NCBI GenBank assembly: GCA_951406725.2
Contig: OX597826.1
Location: 51,274,001 to 51,338,000 of the forward strand
Length of the DNA: 64,000 nucleotides
Reading direction: 5' to 3'
From: Octopus vulgaris
Taxonomy: Eukaryota
This document shows positions 27,365-40,440 of the stretch, piece after piece (position 1 is the stretch's first letter; each line of letters begins with the position of its first letter). Under the pieces are notes generated by a model, which ran no database searches, was not told the origin of the DNA, and saw only the letters and a program-made list of their open reading frames with translations. Both the position numbers and the translations under genes were made by a program.

Positions 27365-27727
27365 TTAACTGCTAAAGTTTTGGATTGATGAATAGCATCA
27401 TTCTTTGCACTGGAAGGTTAAGATTTAGTAGAAGTTGTATTAATTCTGCGAGAGGATTCATCCATTTGAAGAAACTAAACAACTACAACTTAAAACGGTT
27501 AGACTCGAACAGAAAATTGTCCGGTAAATGCCATTTGGATGGAAATTTTGTTTCCACTATAAAACACTATATTGCTAGGTTCGTACCACATCCTTGAGAT
27601 CCAATTATACTCTAGCTGAAAAATGTAGAATATCTCATAAATAATATAAACGTCCTAAATTCAGCGGCGGCGTTAATGAAGATGTTACGCGTTAATTTAA
27701 TGTGTTAAACTAATCTTTATTAATGTA

Positions 27728-28991
27728 TTGTCGTTAAATATGAAATTTGTAGCAAGAAAAAGTTTGCTATTGTTTTATAAATACAAGGAAAAGTTTTATT
27801 CATCAAAGTATGCACCCATATTGTCAATACACTTTTGCCATTTCAGTGGTAGCTTGTCCAGCCTGGAACTGTAAAAGCCTGGCAATCTAGAGTCAATAAA
27901 ATCTTGGAAGGCCTGTTTTATAATATTATTGAAATTAAACTTTTCTCCTATCAAAAAGTTATCCACATTCTGGAAGATGTGGTAGTCAGTGGGTGCAAGA
28001 TCAGGTGAGTATGGTGGATGATGGAGAACTTCCAACTCCAACTCCTGTAGTTTTGCCAATGCCGTTTTTGCGATGTGTGGTCTGGTGTTGTCTTGCAATA
28101 AAATAGGAGTGGATCTGTTGACTAATCTAGGCTATTTTTGTAAGTTTCTGCATCATTTCGTCCAGTTGGGTGCAGTATACTTCGGCCGTGATTGATGAGC
28201 CAGGTTTAATGAAATCTTAATAGATCACACCTGCGGCAGACCACAAAATACTCACCACCAATTTTGCTTTTTGGACTGTGTTTTTGTGGCTCGTCTTTGT
28301 CCAAGCATTGTGCTGAATGTTTACGGTTGTTGTATTGGATCCATTTCTCATCACATGTTACAATTCGATTCAAAAATTATTCATTTTTGTGACGAGCAAG
28401 TAGCATAATGCAGGCTTCCAAACGTTGCTGTTTCTGATTTTCATTGAGATCATGTGGAACCCACTTATCCAACTTTTCCACTTTACCTATTTGAACTAGG
28501 TGAGTCAATATTGTTTTCTTGCTAACACGAAACAACAACTACAATTCACGGGCACTTTCAGATGGATCTGACTCGACGGTGGCTTTCAGTTCGTCATTGC
28601 TCACCTTTGTTTCTGGCCGGCTGCATTGCTCATTTGTGAGATCAAAGTTACCAGAACGAAAGTTTACAAACCAATTTGATACTGTCTGCTGTGTAATAAC
28701 ATTAGAATGAAATGCTCCAGTAATATTCTGAGCTGCCTGTGGTGCTGTATTTCCAAGAAAGAACTCATATTTCAAAACTGTACGAATTCCCGACTTATCC
28801 ATCTCTAAACAAAAATAGCAAAGAAGATTTATAAATACTTTATAAAGCGCAAAATGAGTTAGAATAAATAAATAAATGTGTCAGCTTTCTAACAAAAAAT
28901 AAAGATTGTCAAAATATAATAATGGCGCAAACTGAGCAGCTGTCAAAGTTTACCATATACCTTACTACAAATTTCATACTTGACGACCTAA
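27728..28991 (-). mobile_element. Near full-length mariner transposon with pseudogenised transposase
   Basis: MDKSGIRTVLKYEF HTH, KWVPHDL, IVTCDEKWI, LQDNTRPH and YSPDLAPTDY motifs, with stops and frameshifts. Imperfect TIRs GTCGT(C/T)AA(G/A)TATGAAATTTGTAG flanked by TA; 1264 bp. Confidence 0.93.
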
Positions 28992-30018
28992 TATATCGAA
29001 TTCTACATAGATAAATGCAAAATCTATACAAATATAGGCGTTAGAACTTGTGAACCGCCAGCGGACCTTTTTCTTTGCAAATTTTTGCTCGTCGCACTAA
29101 AAAGCTTCCCCACCCTTATTGTAGTTGTTTGACATTGCTAGACAGTGAGTAATCAACGAGGTGTTTCAACCTTTATGGGTCAGGTTTCAAGGAAATTACT
29201 CTTTACATTATATCGTTGGTAACAAATAAATATTTGACAGAAGAGACATTTGATATTGTTTAAGGTAATGTTTAGTCTTTTGGGACTATAAGTAAACGTG
29301 ACCAAACATTCGCCATACTCCCTTAGTAGTTTTATCGACGACTACAATGTCGCCAAGATAGGCGTTAAACGCCTTTGATGTCATTATCTGAAATTATGCT
29401 TACCACCATCATTTGGAAAGCACTTACCGTAATATTTACACCAAAAACTAATCTCGTTAATCTGAATAAACATTCCGCCAGCTTGAAAAGCTGTGTATTA
29501 TCTTTTTTTTTTGTAGTTTCAAAGCTGATATATAGATTTTATTGGAGGAAATCGAGCACGCGAGAAACTATAATATTAGAAGGATAGTCAACTAGATTGG
29601 TGTAACAATTTATCCTTTGCGAAGTGTCGATAACAAGTTTTTTGCCGCCGTTTCAAATTACTACAACGTGTTCTTATTGCCTCCACATTTACTGTTCTTG
29701 CTATCATATATATTCTTCCTTCTATCAATCATTCTCGCCACATGTGGGAGCCAATGGTGCCATCGTCAAGGAGACGTTTAGTCTCGTTCTAAATGAGGAT
29801 TTCACAATGTGTAGGGAAGCGATGAGATATAGCAGCTATTACTTTCAAATCAATGTATAATTGTGAAGAAATAGGAGGATGATGACACCAATAGATCCAG
29901 ACAATGAGTTATTTCAAATAAAGATAACGAGACAGTGTGTTTAGATTGAGTTTCCAGGCTAATTCCAAGACACTCGCGAGATCTTGAGTGTGAAGCAATT
30001 TTGCAGTTTATGAAACTA

Positions 30019-30210
30019 ATTCTGTTGTGTCCGGGGGGGAGTCATTTTCTTTTTGTGCCATATAATATAACACACTCACCGGTAAAATTTCCACTTTTTT
30101 CTTATTTTTATTCTCCTAAAATGTTCGTTGCATCTTGCAACTTTTTCACGGTGAGTGTGTTATATTATAAGGCGCAAAAAGAAAATGACTCTCTCCAGAC
30201 ACAACAGAAT
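30019..30210. mobile_element. MITE/foldback element with about 62-bp inverted arms
   Basis: ATTCTGTTGTGTC...ACACACTCACCG pairs with CGGTGAGTGTGT...GACACAACAGAAT. Confidence 0.8.
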
Positions 30211-30779
30211 ATGCTTCAACACACGAACTCATATAAAGAATCTTGCAAACCAAAAACGAAATGAAACTAATTGTTCTACGTAAATCAATCAACGCTTCGA
30301 TATATTGGCTAGCCTCGTGTATATCGAGAGTAGTTTATAAAGTGAATTTCTTTAATGTTCATTTGATGTAGTGAGAGTAATAAAGGCTGATGCTATGAGA
30401 TGTTTTGAGAGCTCACGAGAGTCTATTGTATATCCTAAATGAAGGCAACCCTGAAGCTTCTTTATTATACAAGTTTCGGGTCCATGTGGAAGAATGTATT
30501 CAACAAGTACTACGAAGAAGGCCAGTTTTGTTGACTTTGAAATATGCCATGTGAATTGACCTAGAGATAAAGAGACAACAACAACAACAACAGTTACAAT
30601 TATTTTACCTTAAGTGTTAAGCTACCTAGTCCCAAGAAGCTATTATTGTAGGTTAATGGTGTGGCATGAGAGCCGCTGTTATCGGTTGGTAGAACTACAG
30701 ACAACCTGCTGGCAAACCTGTTGTGGTTTCTACTCTGTAACAAATTTTGTAGCTGCATCCTTCCACAAGATTTTAACAG

Positions 30780-31083
30780 TGGAGGCACATGACCTAGTGG
30801 TTAGAGCAGCGGACTCGCGGTCGAGAGATCGCGGGTTCGAATCTTAGACTGGGCGATGTGTGTGTGTTTATGAGCGAAACACCCAAGGTCCACGCGGCTC
30901 CGGCAGAAGGTAATGGCGAACTTCTGCTGATTCTTTCGCCACAACTTACTCTCACTCTTTCCTCCTGCATCTTGCAGCTCACCTGCGACGGACGAGCGTC
31001 CCGTCCAGGTGGGGAACCTATACGCCAAGGAAACCGGGAAATCGGCCCTTATGAGCCAGGCATGGCTCGAGAAGGAACAAACA
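30780..31083 (+). mobile_element. tRNA-derived SINE family C with V-domain-like segment
   Basis: A box TGACCTAGTGG, B box GGTTCGAATC. CCTGCGACGGACGAGCGTCCCGTCCAGG resembles the V-SINE core. (ACA)n tail. TSD ACAARATTTTAAC at 30765-30777 and 31084-31096. Confidence 0.85.
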
Positions 31084-31559
31084 ACAAAATTTTAACGACG
31101 ATGTTGCCCACCAAAAAGTTGTTTTCATGTAGCCTACGGTTAGCACCGGCTGAGCAGACCTATTATCGACGGTGTTTCATCAATGATCATCTCGTCTGTT
31201 GTTTAGGTATAATATACATAATATACCCAATATATCTTTTAATTTTAAGAGGATAGGTTATAGTTTGCGTGTGATATCACTGATATTTCTAACAGTTCAA
31301 ATACCCAGATAACCAGGTAGAAGTTCTCATTAGACATTTCCATTGACAAACCAATGAAAACACATAAATGTGCTCTCTTGCCTGCGAGAAATAACGGTTA
31401 AATTTATCTCAGTTTACACGTTACTGTCTTTTATAAAAAAGAGAAGGACATAGTGTTGACTAAGATAAAAATTTCTGGAAAATATGGGCTGTTCATGACT
31501 CTAATGCCTGTCATTTTGGGCTTGCTTGATGAAGGTCAACCTAAGGCTAAACAATGTCA

Positions 31560-31587
31560 GCAACAAGAACAACAACAACAACAGCAG

Positions 31588-31675
<88 letters not shown>

Positions 31676-31693
31676 AGCAGCAACAACAACAAC
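31560..31693. repeat. (CAG/CAA)n microsatellite
   Basis: Read directly; no coding context evident. Confidence 0.95.
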
Positions 31694-32199
31694 TTCTTTT
31701 ATAGAATATATAGCAGAAAGTATGTATACGTTTCTACAAAGATATACATACAGCTTTGTACACGCACCCACGAAAGTTCAAATACCTTGTCTACATATAT
31801 TATTCTCCGGAAATTGGACAGTTGGCATGGAGATAAAATAAATAACACTCAAGTAAACAAACAAGATAATATGCACACACCCACACACACTCATATATAC
31901 ACACATATATTTATTTATACAAACATACATGTATTTACATGTGTATATTTATATATGTATACACACACACATACACACACACACGAGCAAAGAACATACA
32001 CGTTATATATGTATAATGAATAACTTGAGAGATATTATCGAATTTTCTTAGATAGTATTAGGCAGTGATGGTGGTGGGGGAAATATTTGTCTCCAGAAAA
32101 TAAAAATGCTCTCACCATCACCACCAACATCAACACTGCTGCCTCCACCCCCAACAACATCAACAACTGCATTCTCTATTTTCTGTCTCGTTGGCTTTT

Positions 32200-32258
<59 letters not shown>

Positions 32259-33535
32259 TATGTATGTACGCACACACGGACATGCTTGTTTACTTAAACA
32301 CACACGTGCACACACGCACACAAACACGCACACATACACACACACACATATCGTTGATGCATCTGCTCAGCAGAAGGGCCTAATAGGTTATGTTAGTCCT
32401 CTTGGAGGCAAATAAAAAAAGAAATACAACGAATACGATAGAGAAAGGAAAAAAAAAACGAAGAAACAAAGGAAGACCAAAAGCAAAAAGAAACAAACAA
32501 ATACTGTTTCGATGAAACTAAATAACGAACTAAACTGGTAAGGATGGTACACTTGATAAGGAGCCAATTATAATGACTTCGCATATAAACATCCGCCATC
32601 TTGAATTGTTGCAGTAAAGCTACGATATTTAGTTACAAATATACAATATAGAACATGAAAATCAGATTGATGGAAAGGAGCAAAAATAGGATAAATAGCT
32701 ATTTTAAATTTGAAATGTCTATTCTTTTGTTTCATTTTATTTACTCCCCCAAGGAATTCTTTTGTTTGCTTGTGAAATCTCTATAAGGCTCTTGAATTTT
32801 CTATTTTGAAAACGAAATTTAGAAACAAAGTGCGCTAAATATAATTTCTTATAAGTTGTTTCGTTATTTTTTTATTTCATTTTAGTTTATGAAGAAATCT
32901 TAAACAAAAACGTTATATTACACTTGAAAAATAAAATAAAACGAAATTTCTTGTAGACAGGTAGAAAAATCTTAGTAGGAGATGTTGAGTGTAATAAATA
33001 TCATGATAATATGAGGTGTTGATGGGTTTGTAGGAAAGCAACATGCTAAGTAGTGGGTTGAGATAAAACATAGATCACCAGATAAAAACGTCTTACAAAT
33101 TAAAAGCAGTCAGGAATTAGAATTTATTCTAGATTCCCAATATTCCGTTAGTCTCCTTCAATATCTAAATGCGAAGTTTCGAGAAGCTAGAATTATTACT
33201 GCATTTATTAAAACCCTCGTTAAATATATAGTATTCCCACTCATTTTTTTAAAGTCGCATACTGTAACTCTTCAAAACGTATTTAGAAAATTTGTGTTGT
33301 TACTGTTGTTTTTACTCTCAGGTCAGCACTGATGCAGCAGACCAATAACTACAAATGTTTCCCACCCTGGACATCCCACTTTTAATTCTTACACAGGCGT
33401 GGCTGTGGTAAGATGTTTGCTTCCTAACCACATGGTTTCAGTCCCATTGTGTGGCATCATGAGCAACTGTTTTCAACTATAACCTCGGGAAGGCCAAAAT
33501 CTACTAAGGTAGACGGAAACAGAAGGAAGCCTGTC

Positions 33536-33582
<47 letters not shown>

Positions 33583-33647
33583 ATATCTGTGTGTGTATTT
33601 GTGGCTACATACATACATACATACATACATACATACATACATACATA

Positions 33648-33723
33648 GAAAATACCCTGTTGATGTTGTCGAAATTCCAACGAAAGAGCCTTGGATCTAG
33701 GTTAGAAACATGCTTTTTTTCTA
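33648..33723 (+). mobile_element. Fragment of the (CATA)n-associated LINE 3' UTR
   Basis: GAAATTCCAACGAAAGAGCCTTGGATCTAGGTTAGAA is identical to 5530-5566 and follows (CATA)n. Confidence 0.75.
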
Positions 33724-34296
33724 ATGGTTTCTGGGTCATTTCTTTTCATCAGCACAGGAAAACCGTTGGCTCGAGATGGCAGCACTAGTTCTTGCTCGAG
33801 ATATATACTTTTAAAGTGACACACAGGCTCTGATCTCGAAAAGAGGAAAACACTGAGTTTTAAATCTCTGAGCGAGATGTAATTAGGAAAATAGTACTAC
33901 AGAGTAAAACTTTCCTGGGGCTAAAAACAGGTAGTAACATCGTCATAAGCAGGGTTGCCGATTTACGTTGGCAAATAGATTTTACTCTGTAGTTGTGTTT
34001 TCCTCTTTACGAGATCAGTGACTGTGTGTTACTTTAGAGGGATATACCTCTGTGCCGATGAAACGAAATAACCCAGAAACCATGGTTCGCAGGTACCGTT
34101 TGAGGCTGAGTGGGGACATTAGCTCTCTTGTTCGGGGTATAAGAACGCAGTTGTGTGTCAGTAGCTAGCTGGAAAAGTTGTTTTCCCGAGGCTAAAAAAA
34201 AATGGTAGTAATAACGTCCTAAGCAGGACTGCCATTTTACTTTGGCAAATAAATTTTACTCTCTAGTACTGTTACTACTTACTTCTCGCTTAGAGT
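33724..34296 (+). mobile_element. Hammerhead retrozyme-like element, family 1: inverted part (33724-33910) plus direct unit with internal deletions (274-nt period)
   Basis: TTGGCAAAT..ATTTTACTC at 33968 and 34242. The inverted part carries a truncated hammerhead (reverse complement CTGTG-CTGATGA...CCCA-GAAA-CCAT, 33724-33757). Confidence 0.75.
34050..34092 (+). ncRNA. Degenerate type I hammerhead motif
   Basis: CTGTG-CcGATGA-AACGAAATAACCCA-GAAA-CCATGG-TT-CGCAG; palindrome ACCATGGT. Confidence 0.6.
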
Positions 34297-34371
34297 GTAT
34301 ACGTGTACACACACACACACACACACACAAACACATAAACACAGATACATATACACACATATATATGCATC

Positions 34372-34466
<95 letters not shown>

Positions 34467-34472
34467 AATAAT

Positions 34473-35580
34473 TAAGGAAGATACTAATGAAGAAATAATT
34501 ACAGACCAAACCAGGTCCAATGAAAACGCAGTAATGATAGAAATAGTCAATGTATCTGACAAGCAAAGTGAAATGTTTTCTGAACCAGACATAAATATCA
34601 TGGAAGATAAAAATCAGACAGATGATGAAAGTCACACTAAAATTGAGCCGACTGAATTAGATTATCTAAAAAAATCAAATTGTGATTGAATGGCTGAAAC
34701 CAGTATGAATGAACGTGACACTTTCCCAAAATTCGCAACTCTAACCGAAGCCTGATAGTAATTGATAAAATCTGCCTTGACCTTAAAAGTATAATTTCAG
34801 CTAATGATGTTGACATTACAGAACTCATTCACCTTTCTTATGCATCGGCTAAACTCTCAGCGATTCTATGTGCTGAAAGGATAGGAAAACGAAAGCATTC
34901 CCAACAAAAAGGCTATCTTGCAAGAGGGAATTGAACACCAAATTCAACTATTTAGATCTGACGTAAAATGTTTAAAAACACTTTAAGTCTGACAAGAATA
35001 TCAAACCAACAAAAACACGAACCTTCAAGAAAAAGTATAATACTTGACATCGATACCACTATAGAAAGTATCAAGTAAGAGGTACACGCTAAAACTGCTC
35101 GCATAGCACGGTATGAAAAGCACACTGAGATCTTCAAGGACAGAAACATGTTTAAAAATAATTCAAATCAGTTTTACAGGAAGATAGGTAATATATCAAT
35201 TACAATAAAGTCTGCCCCATCAAAAGAAGTGCAGGAATTTTGGAGTAAAATTTGGGCAGAAAAAAAACGCACAACTACAAAATCCCTTGGATTGATAGAA
35301 TATCTACTGCTTCAGCCTTCTTAGAAGAAAAAAAGTAGGAGGGTATCAATGTAGAGGAATTAACCAAAAAAATTATAAATCCATAATCCGCTTAGCATCC
35401 ATGTATAAAACATTATCAGCTGTCTTGACCAAATATAGTTATAATTTCTTAACAGAAAAGAAACAAAAAGGATATAAACGTGCGTCCTGTGGTTGCAAAG
35501 ATAATTTTGGAAGATTGTCTCAAACAATGCAAGAAGTTATCAATAACCCGAATAAACTATAAAGAAGGTGAGATCCTATG
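34473..35580 (+). mobile_element. Degenerate R4/Dong-like LINE fragment (pre-RT and start of RT) after (TAA)n
   Basis: RIARYEKHTEIFKDRNMFKNNSNQFYRKIG...PSKEVQEFWSKIW...HN...WI and IILEDCLKQCKKLSITRINYKEG resemble R4/Dong motifs. Confidence 0.75.
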
Positions 35581-35749
35581 TAGCATCAGTTTCGAGTCTG
35601 TGATTGCAAATCCTATCTCCTCAACGGTAGGTTTTGGCATTTCTGATTGCTATAGCAGATCACTCTCAATGCCAGTAAATCAAATGACAGGATTGAATGA
35701 AACGGGTTTTATGTACATAGATACACACATGTGTGTATATACATATATC

Positions 35750-36024
35750 ATGTGATCGACGGGACAATCGGATTGTGTTATATATCGCTGGTCACAATGC
35801 GTCTTGCAGCATTTTGTCTGCCTTGGCGAGCAGTTTATCATTTCCCCCTGACTCTGATCGGAAGACTAATCAGTCATACGGTTACCCATTTACAGTGAGT
35901 GTTCAGGAGTAAAGTGAAATGAAGGGTTTCGCAAAAGAAAACCACGCATCGCTCGGTCCAGGAATCGAACCCACGATCTAGCGATCGGGTGTGCAACAGT
36001 CTAACCATTAGTCCACGCGCCTTC
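35750..36024 (-). mobile_element. tRNA-derived SINE family D
   Basis: Reverse complement GAAGGCGCGTGGACTAATGGTTAG...GGTTCGATTCC. Its tail is similar to 37215-37335. Confidence 0.75.
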
Positions 36025-36026
36025 AA

Positions 36027-36450
<424 letters not shown>

Positions 36451-38439
36451 GTGCATACACATAAGCATGTCTGTCTCTTTTGTTTGAGTGGATGTGTGCA
36501 TGTGTAGGTGTGTCTATATGTATGTGCGCATCTGTGTTCTTATATATTTATATGTTTATGTCATGTGTTGTCTCCATATCTTACTTTCAGTGAATAAAAA
36601 CATGACATTATTTCTATGGAAGAGAGAAAAATACATTTTCGCCTTTGGTTATAATAGCAACCATTAATTAGAGTTTATTCCACTTGCACCAAATGTCTTC
36701 AGTTGTCGTTGTCTGCAAGAAGAAATCTATGCTTGCGTGGACAGCTTACTAAATAGATATTGTGTGAATAAAGATAATAGCTCACCTTCTCATTCACTCT
36801 CTCCCTCTCTCATACACATTCTCTATCTCTTTGACTCTTCCTCTGTTAGTATGCCCCCGTCTCTCTCTGTTTGTTAATGTCTATGTCTGCCATTCTATAG
36901 TTGTTTTTCTTTCATATAAAGCAGGATTATTAAAATTGCGCTATTAATTTACACATGAAGAACTACAGATGTCCAAGTAAATAGAGTAGAGACCTGCAAA
37001 CTCAAAGGTCTGTAGTTCGTGTTCTCATGCAGATGAATCACTATCTGATCAATAAAAAAACATGTATATTTATTTATTGATCCCTTAATGAAACGATTAA
37101 GTCCATCAGGGAAATTTGATCTGCGACAATTAGCAACCGAATCTCCCTCAAATCATGCTCTGTCATTTTAAAATATATGAATGGCACATTGAATAATGTA
37201 GTCATATTTATATGTATCACGTGACTGACCAGACTATCAGACGCTGTTACACATCGCTGGACCCAATACGCTTTGCATCGTGGTAGCCTTCGAACGACGC
37301 CACCACTAGTAGGCCAAAATTTCCCTCCTGATCGAAAGGAGGGGATTGGAGCAACTTCGGTTGTCAAGCGATGGTGGAGGGACAAACACAGACACAAATG
37401 CACACACACATAAACATATATATAGATATATTTATGTGTGTGTATGTGTGTGTGTGTTTGCATGTGTGTGTGTTTGCATGTGTGTGTGTATGTGTGTGTA
37501 CCTCTGTCTCCTTATGTGTGCATATCTGAGTGTGTCTGTGTATGGGTTTTTGTGACTATGTACTGTGTCTATATGTGTGGATGTGTGTCTCGATATGTAT
37601 TCTTGAGTGAAGTGTGTGTGTGAATATGGTCACGTGTTTCAGTCTTCATTTGCGTATGTATGTGTGTGTGTGTATGCTTGTTTGTTCATATTACTTGTGT
37701 ACCTATACGTCTGTATGTCTACTTGTTTACATTCATATCCATTTACCTACAGGGGATAATTTTATAACTACAACATTATTCTAATTCAATTAGCTAGTAG
37801 ATCTAATTTTATAGGTTTTCAGGAATATAGAGTGAAATTTATGGTTATAGGAGGGGATCGCGTCTGAAAACTTATTTAACATATCGGCGTTATATAATTT
37901 GAGGATTATATACGATTCCCTTGCACACAATGTACACCTTTCTGAACCATTAACATATAGGGGACCCCTCGCAATTATGGACCACGCAGTGGGACTGAAC
38001 CCGGAACCATGTGGTTCGTAAGCAAGCTACATACCACACAACTACTCTTATGCCTATGTATAAATATATATGATTCAATTACATTGATTGAATGTCTTCA
38101 TTTATGCGTTTATGCGTTGTATATACACCTCTATAACTATAGTACCTTTTCAATGTTTTATGAAATTAATATAACACTGAATTAAAATATTTATACGGGT
38201 TTTTCCTATATATTTTTGGGTTGACTCTCTCTCTCTCTCTCTTTCTTTCTCTCTCTCTCTCTCTCAATATATATATATATACATACATACATACTCTTTT
38301 ACTCTTTTACTCTTTTACTTGCTTCAGTCATTTGACTGCGGCCATGCTGGAGCACCGCCTTTAGTCGAGCAAATCAACCCCGGGACTTATTCTTTGTAAG
38401 CCCAGTACTTATTCTATCGGTCTCTTTTGCCGAACTGCT

Positions 38440-38502
<63 letters not shown>

Positions 38503-38589
38503 CACGTTTATGTATTATTTGCAAGATTTCTTTATATAAGGAATCTTGCAAATCATACATAAACGTATAAACGTGTATATATATATATA

Positions 38590-38779
38590 AAGGGAAAGTT
38601 TACGAAAATAAACGTCTTCCCTTCTCTGGATCTTTCCTTTTCCTATGTTTCTGACGAAGAGATCTGCTCGAAACGTTAAACCCTCCTTCTTCCCTTCCTT
38701 CCTGAGCGTCCAATAATACTATATTTGTTCCACGTCCTCGCGTTGTTGTGTTTTCTCTTTGTGTTTTAATGTTTGGATT

Positions 38780-38785
<6 letters not shown>
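38590..38785 (+). mobile_element. Penelope pLTR-like/retrozyme fragment between (TA)n tracts
   Basis: Pyrimidine-rich island of about 195 bp containing a minimal hammerhead. Confidence 0.65.
38647..38681 (+). ncRNA. Minimal Penelope-type hammerhead motif
   Basis: GTTT-CTGACGA-A GAG atctg CTC-GAAA-CG-TT-AAAC. Stem III is reduced to the palindrome AACGTT. Confidence 0.72.
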
Positions 38786-38847
<62 letters not shown>

Positions 38848-39099
38848 ATAAATGTGTGTTGGTTAGTGTTTTTTAGTTCGTCACAGTATTCGTAAGGAAC
38901 TGATTAACATTATTGTTCTTGGTACTATGATTAAAACCAGGACTATCATGATGGACAACTTCACCGGTGTATTCTTTATGGTAGTATTTTACTGAAACAC
39001 TTAGGTCTATAGCAATGAATTGTAGTTTGTCCATTAACACCTCGAGTCGTGCGTCCGTTAACACATCGAGTCATTAAAGATGAGTGAACACAGCACTAT

Positions 39100-39690
39100 A
39101 AGACAACACACGGAACATCTAACATAAAGCAACTGAATTACATTATGTATAATCTACATAAAAACATTATATAAAACATTATATAAGACGTCGCTTGCCA
39201 GAGTAAATGTGCTATGTAACATGTACCTTGCAATATAGCAAACATTATGTAACAAGCAACTTACTATATTAAGAATTACTTTAACACAGCATATGACATA
39301 GTAAATAAACTATGAAACACTTGTGTTACTATAACGAAAATAAACTATGTCAGAGCTTAACAACGCACCACACAAAATACCTCACACGCCTCTTGTTATT
39401 TAAGCCAGTAACATTCAGCAACAAATGCATTATGTAACACAGGATATCATATAGTAAATGAACCACAAAACACATAAATTACCATACTGCAAATAAACTA
39501 CGTCAACACCTATATCATCACAGTGTAAAATAAACTACATCAAATAGAATTTAACCGCGGAACACACAAATTACATAACACGTAACTTGCCGCATCACAA
39601 CTAAATTAAGAGACCAGTAAATTTCCATACAGCAAGTAATTTACGTAACACGAAATTTACTACAGATAAAATGAATTACGTAATTTTATA
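39100..39690. repeat. Degenerate minisatellite with unit of about 35 bp (AAWYTAYGTAACAC-like), resuming at 40490-40640
   Basis: The motif recurs at spacings of about 35-37 and 67-70 bp. Confidence 0.55.
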
Positions 39691-39979
39691 GGCTGTTTAG
39701 TTGTTTGATTTATACCTGCAGGCTTTTCAGCAGTCCAACAATTTCCGCAGATTACCGAATAAAAATTGACAATTCAAAACCAGTCGCTTCGTTGTCGTTT
39801 TTCTTTTCACCGACAATTTAAGGTAACAGTACCGAAATTTACTTTGCAAGATGGCGGAAATAAAAACTGATGCTATAGCAAAACTTAAAATATGTTTCAA
39901 ATTAGAACCAGTTTTAATTCATTATGAGAAGATTTATTTTCGTGTTAATCTCAAATAATTTGGATTTAAAACCGAGAGG

Positions 39980-40404
39980 TAGAGAAAAAAGAGAGAAAGA
40001 GAGAGAAAAGGAGAGGGAAACAAAGGGGAGAGGAGAAAGAGAAAGAGAGAAAGAGAGAAAGAAGACAGTGAGTGAAAGAGAGAATACAGAGAGAAAGAAA
40101 AATGGAGAAAAGGAGAGAAAAACAAAGAGAGGAAGAAAGAAAGAGAGAGAGATAGAGAGAGAGAAACAAAGGGAGGAAGAAAGAGGAAGAGAAAGAGAGA
40201 AAAAAGAGAGAAAGGAAAGGAGAGAACGAGAGAGAGAGAGAAAGAGAGAAAATGAGAGAGATAGAGGGAAAGGGAGAAAACGAGAGAGAGAAAGTGGGAG
40301 AGAGAAAAAGTGGGAGAGAGAAAAAGTGAGGGAGAGTAAGAGACAAAGAGAGAGAGAGAAAAAGAGAGAGAGAGAAAGAGAGAGAGAGAAAGAGAGAGAG
40401 AGAA

Positions 40405-40436
<32 letters not shown>

Positions 40437-40440
40437 CAGA
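39980..40440. repeat. GA-rich polypurine tract
   Basis: Read directly. Confidence 0.95.

Noticed and set aside
30780-30855. Possible tRNA gene
   Set aside because: It continues into a SINE body with TSD; all tRNA-like heads in the window are SINE-derived
31453-31704. Poly-Q ORF
   Set aside because: CAG microsatellite with no splice or homology support
36665-36706. Minus-strand CTGAAGA with a 6-bp stem II
   Set aside because: GAAT instead of GAAA, and no stem I or III
39100-39690. CRISPR-like regular spacing
   Set aside because: Eukaryotic context and degenerate units without unique spacers; it is a minisatellite
39789-39810. TTCGTTGTCG resembling the 5' end of miR-981
   Set aside because: Only about 10-11 nt match and no precursor hairpin
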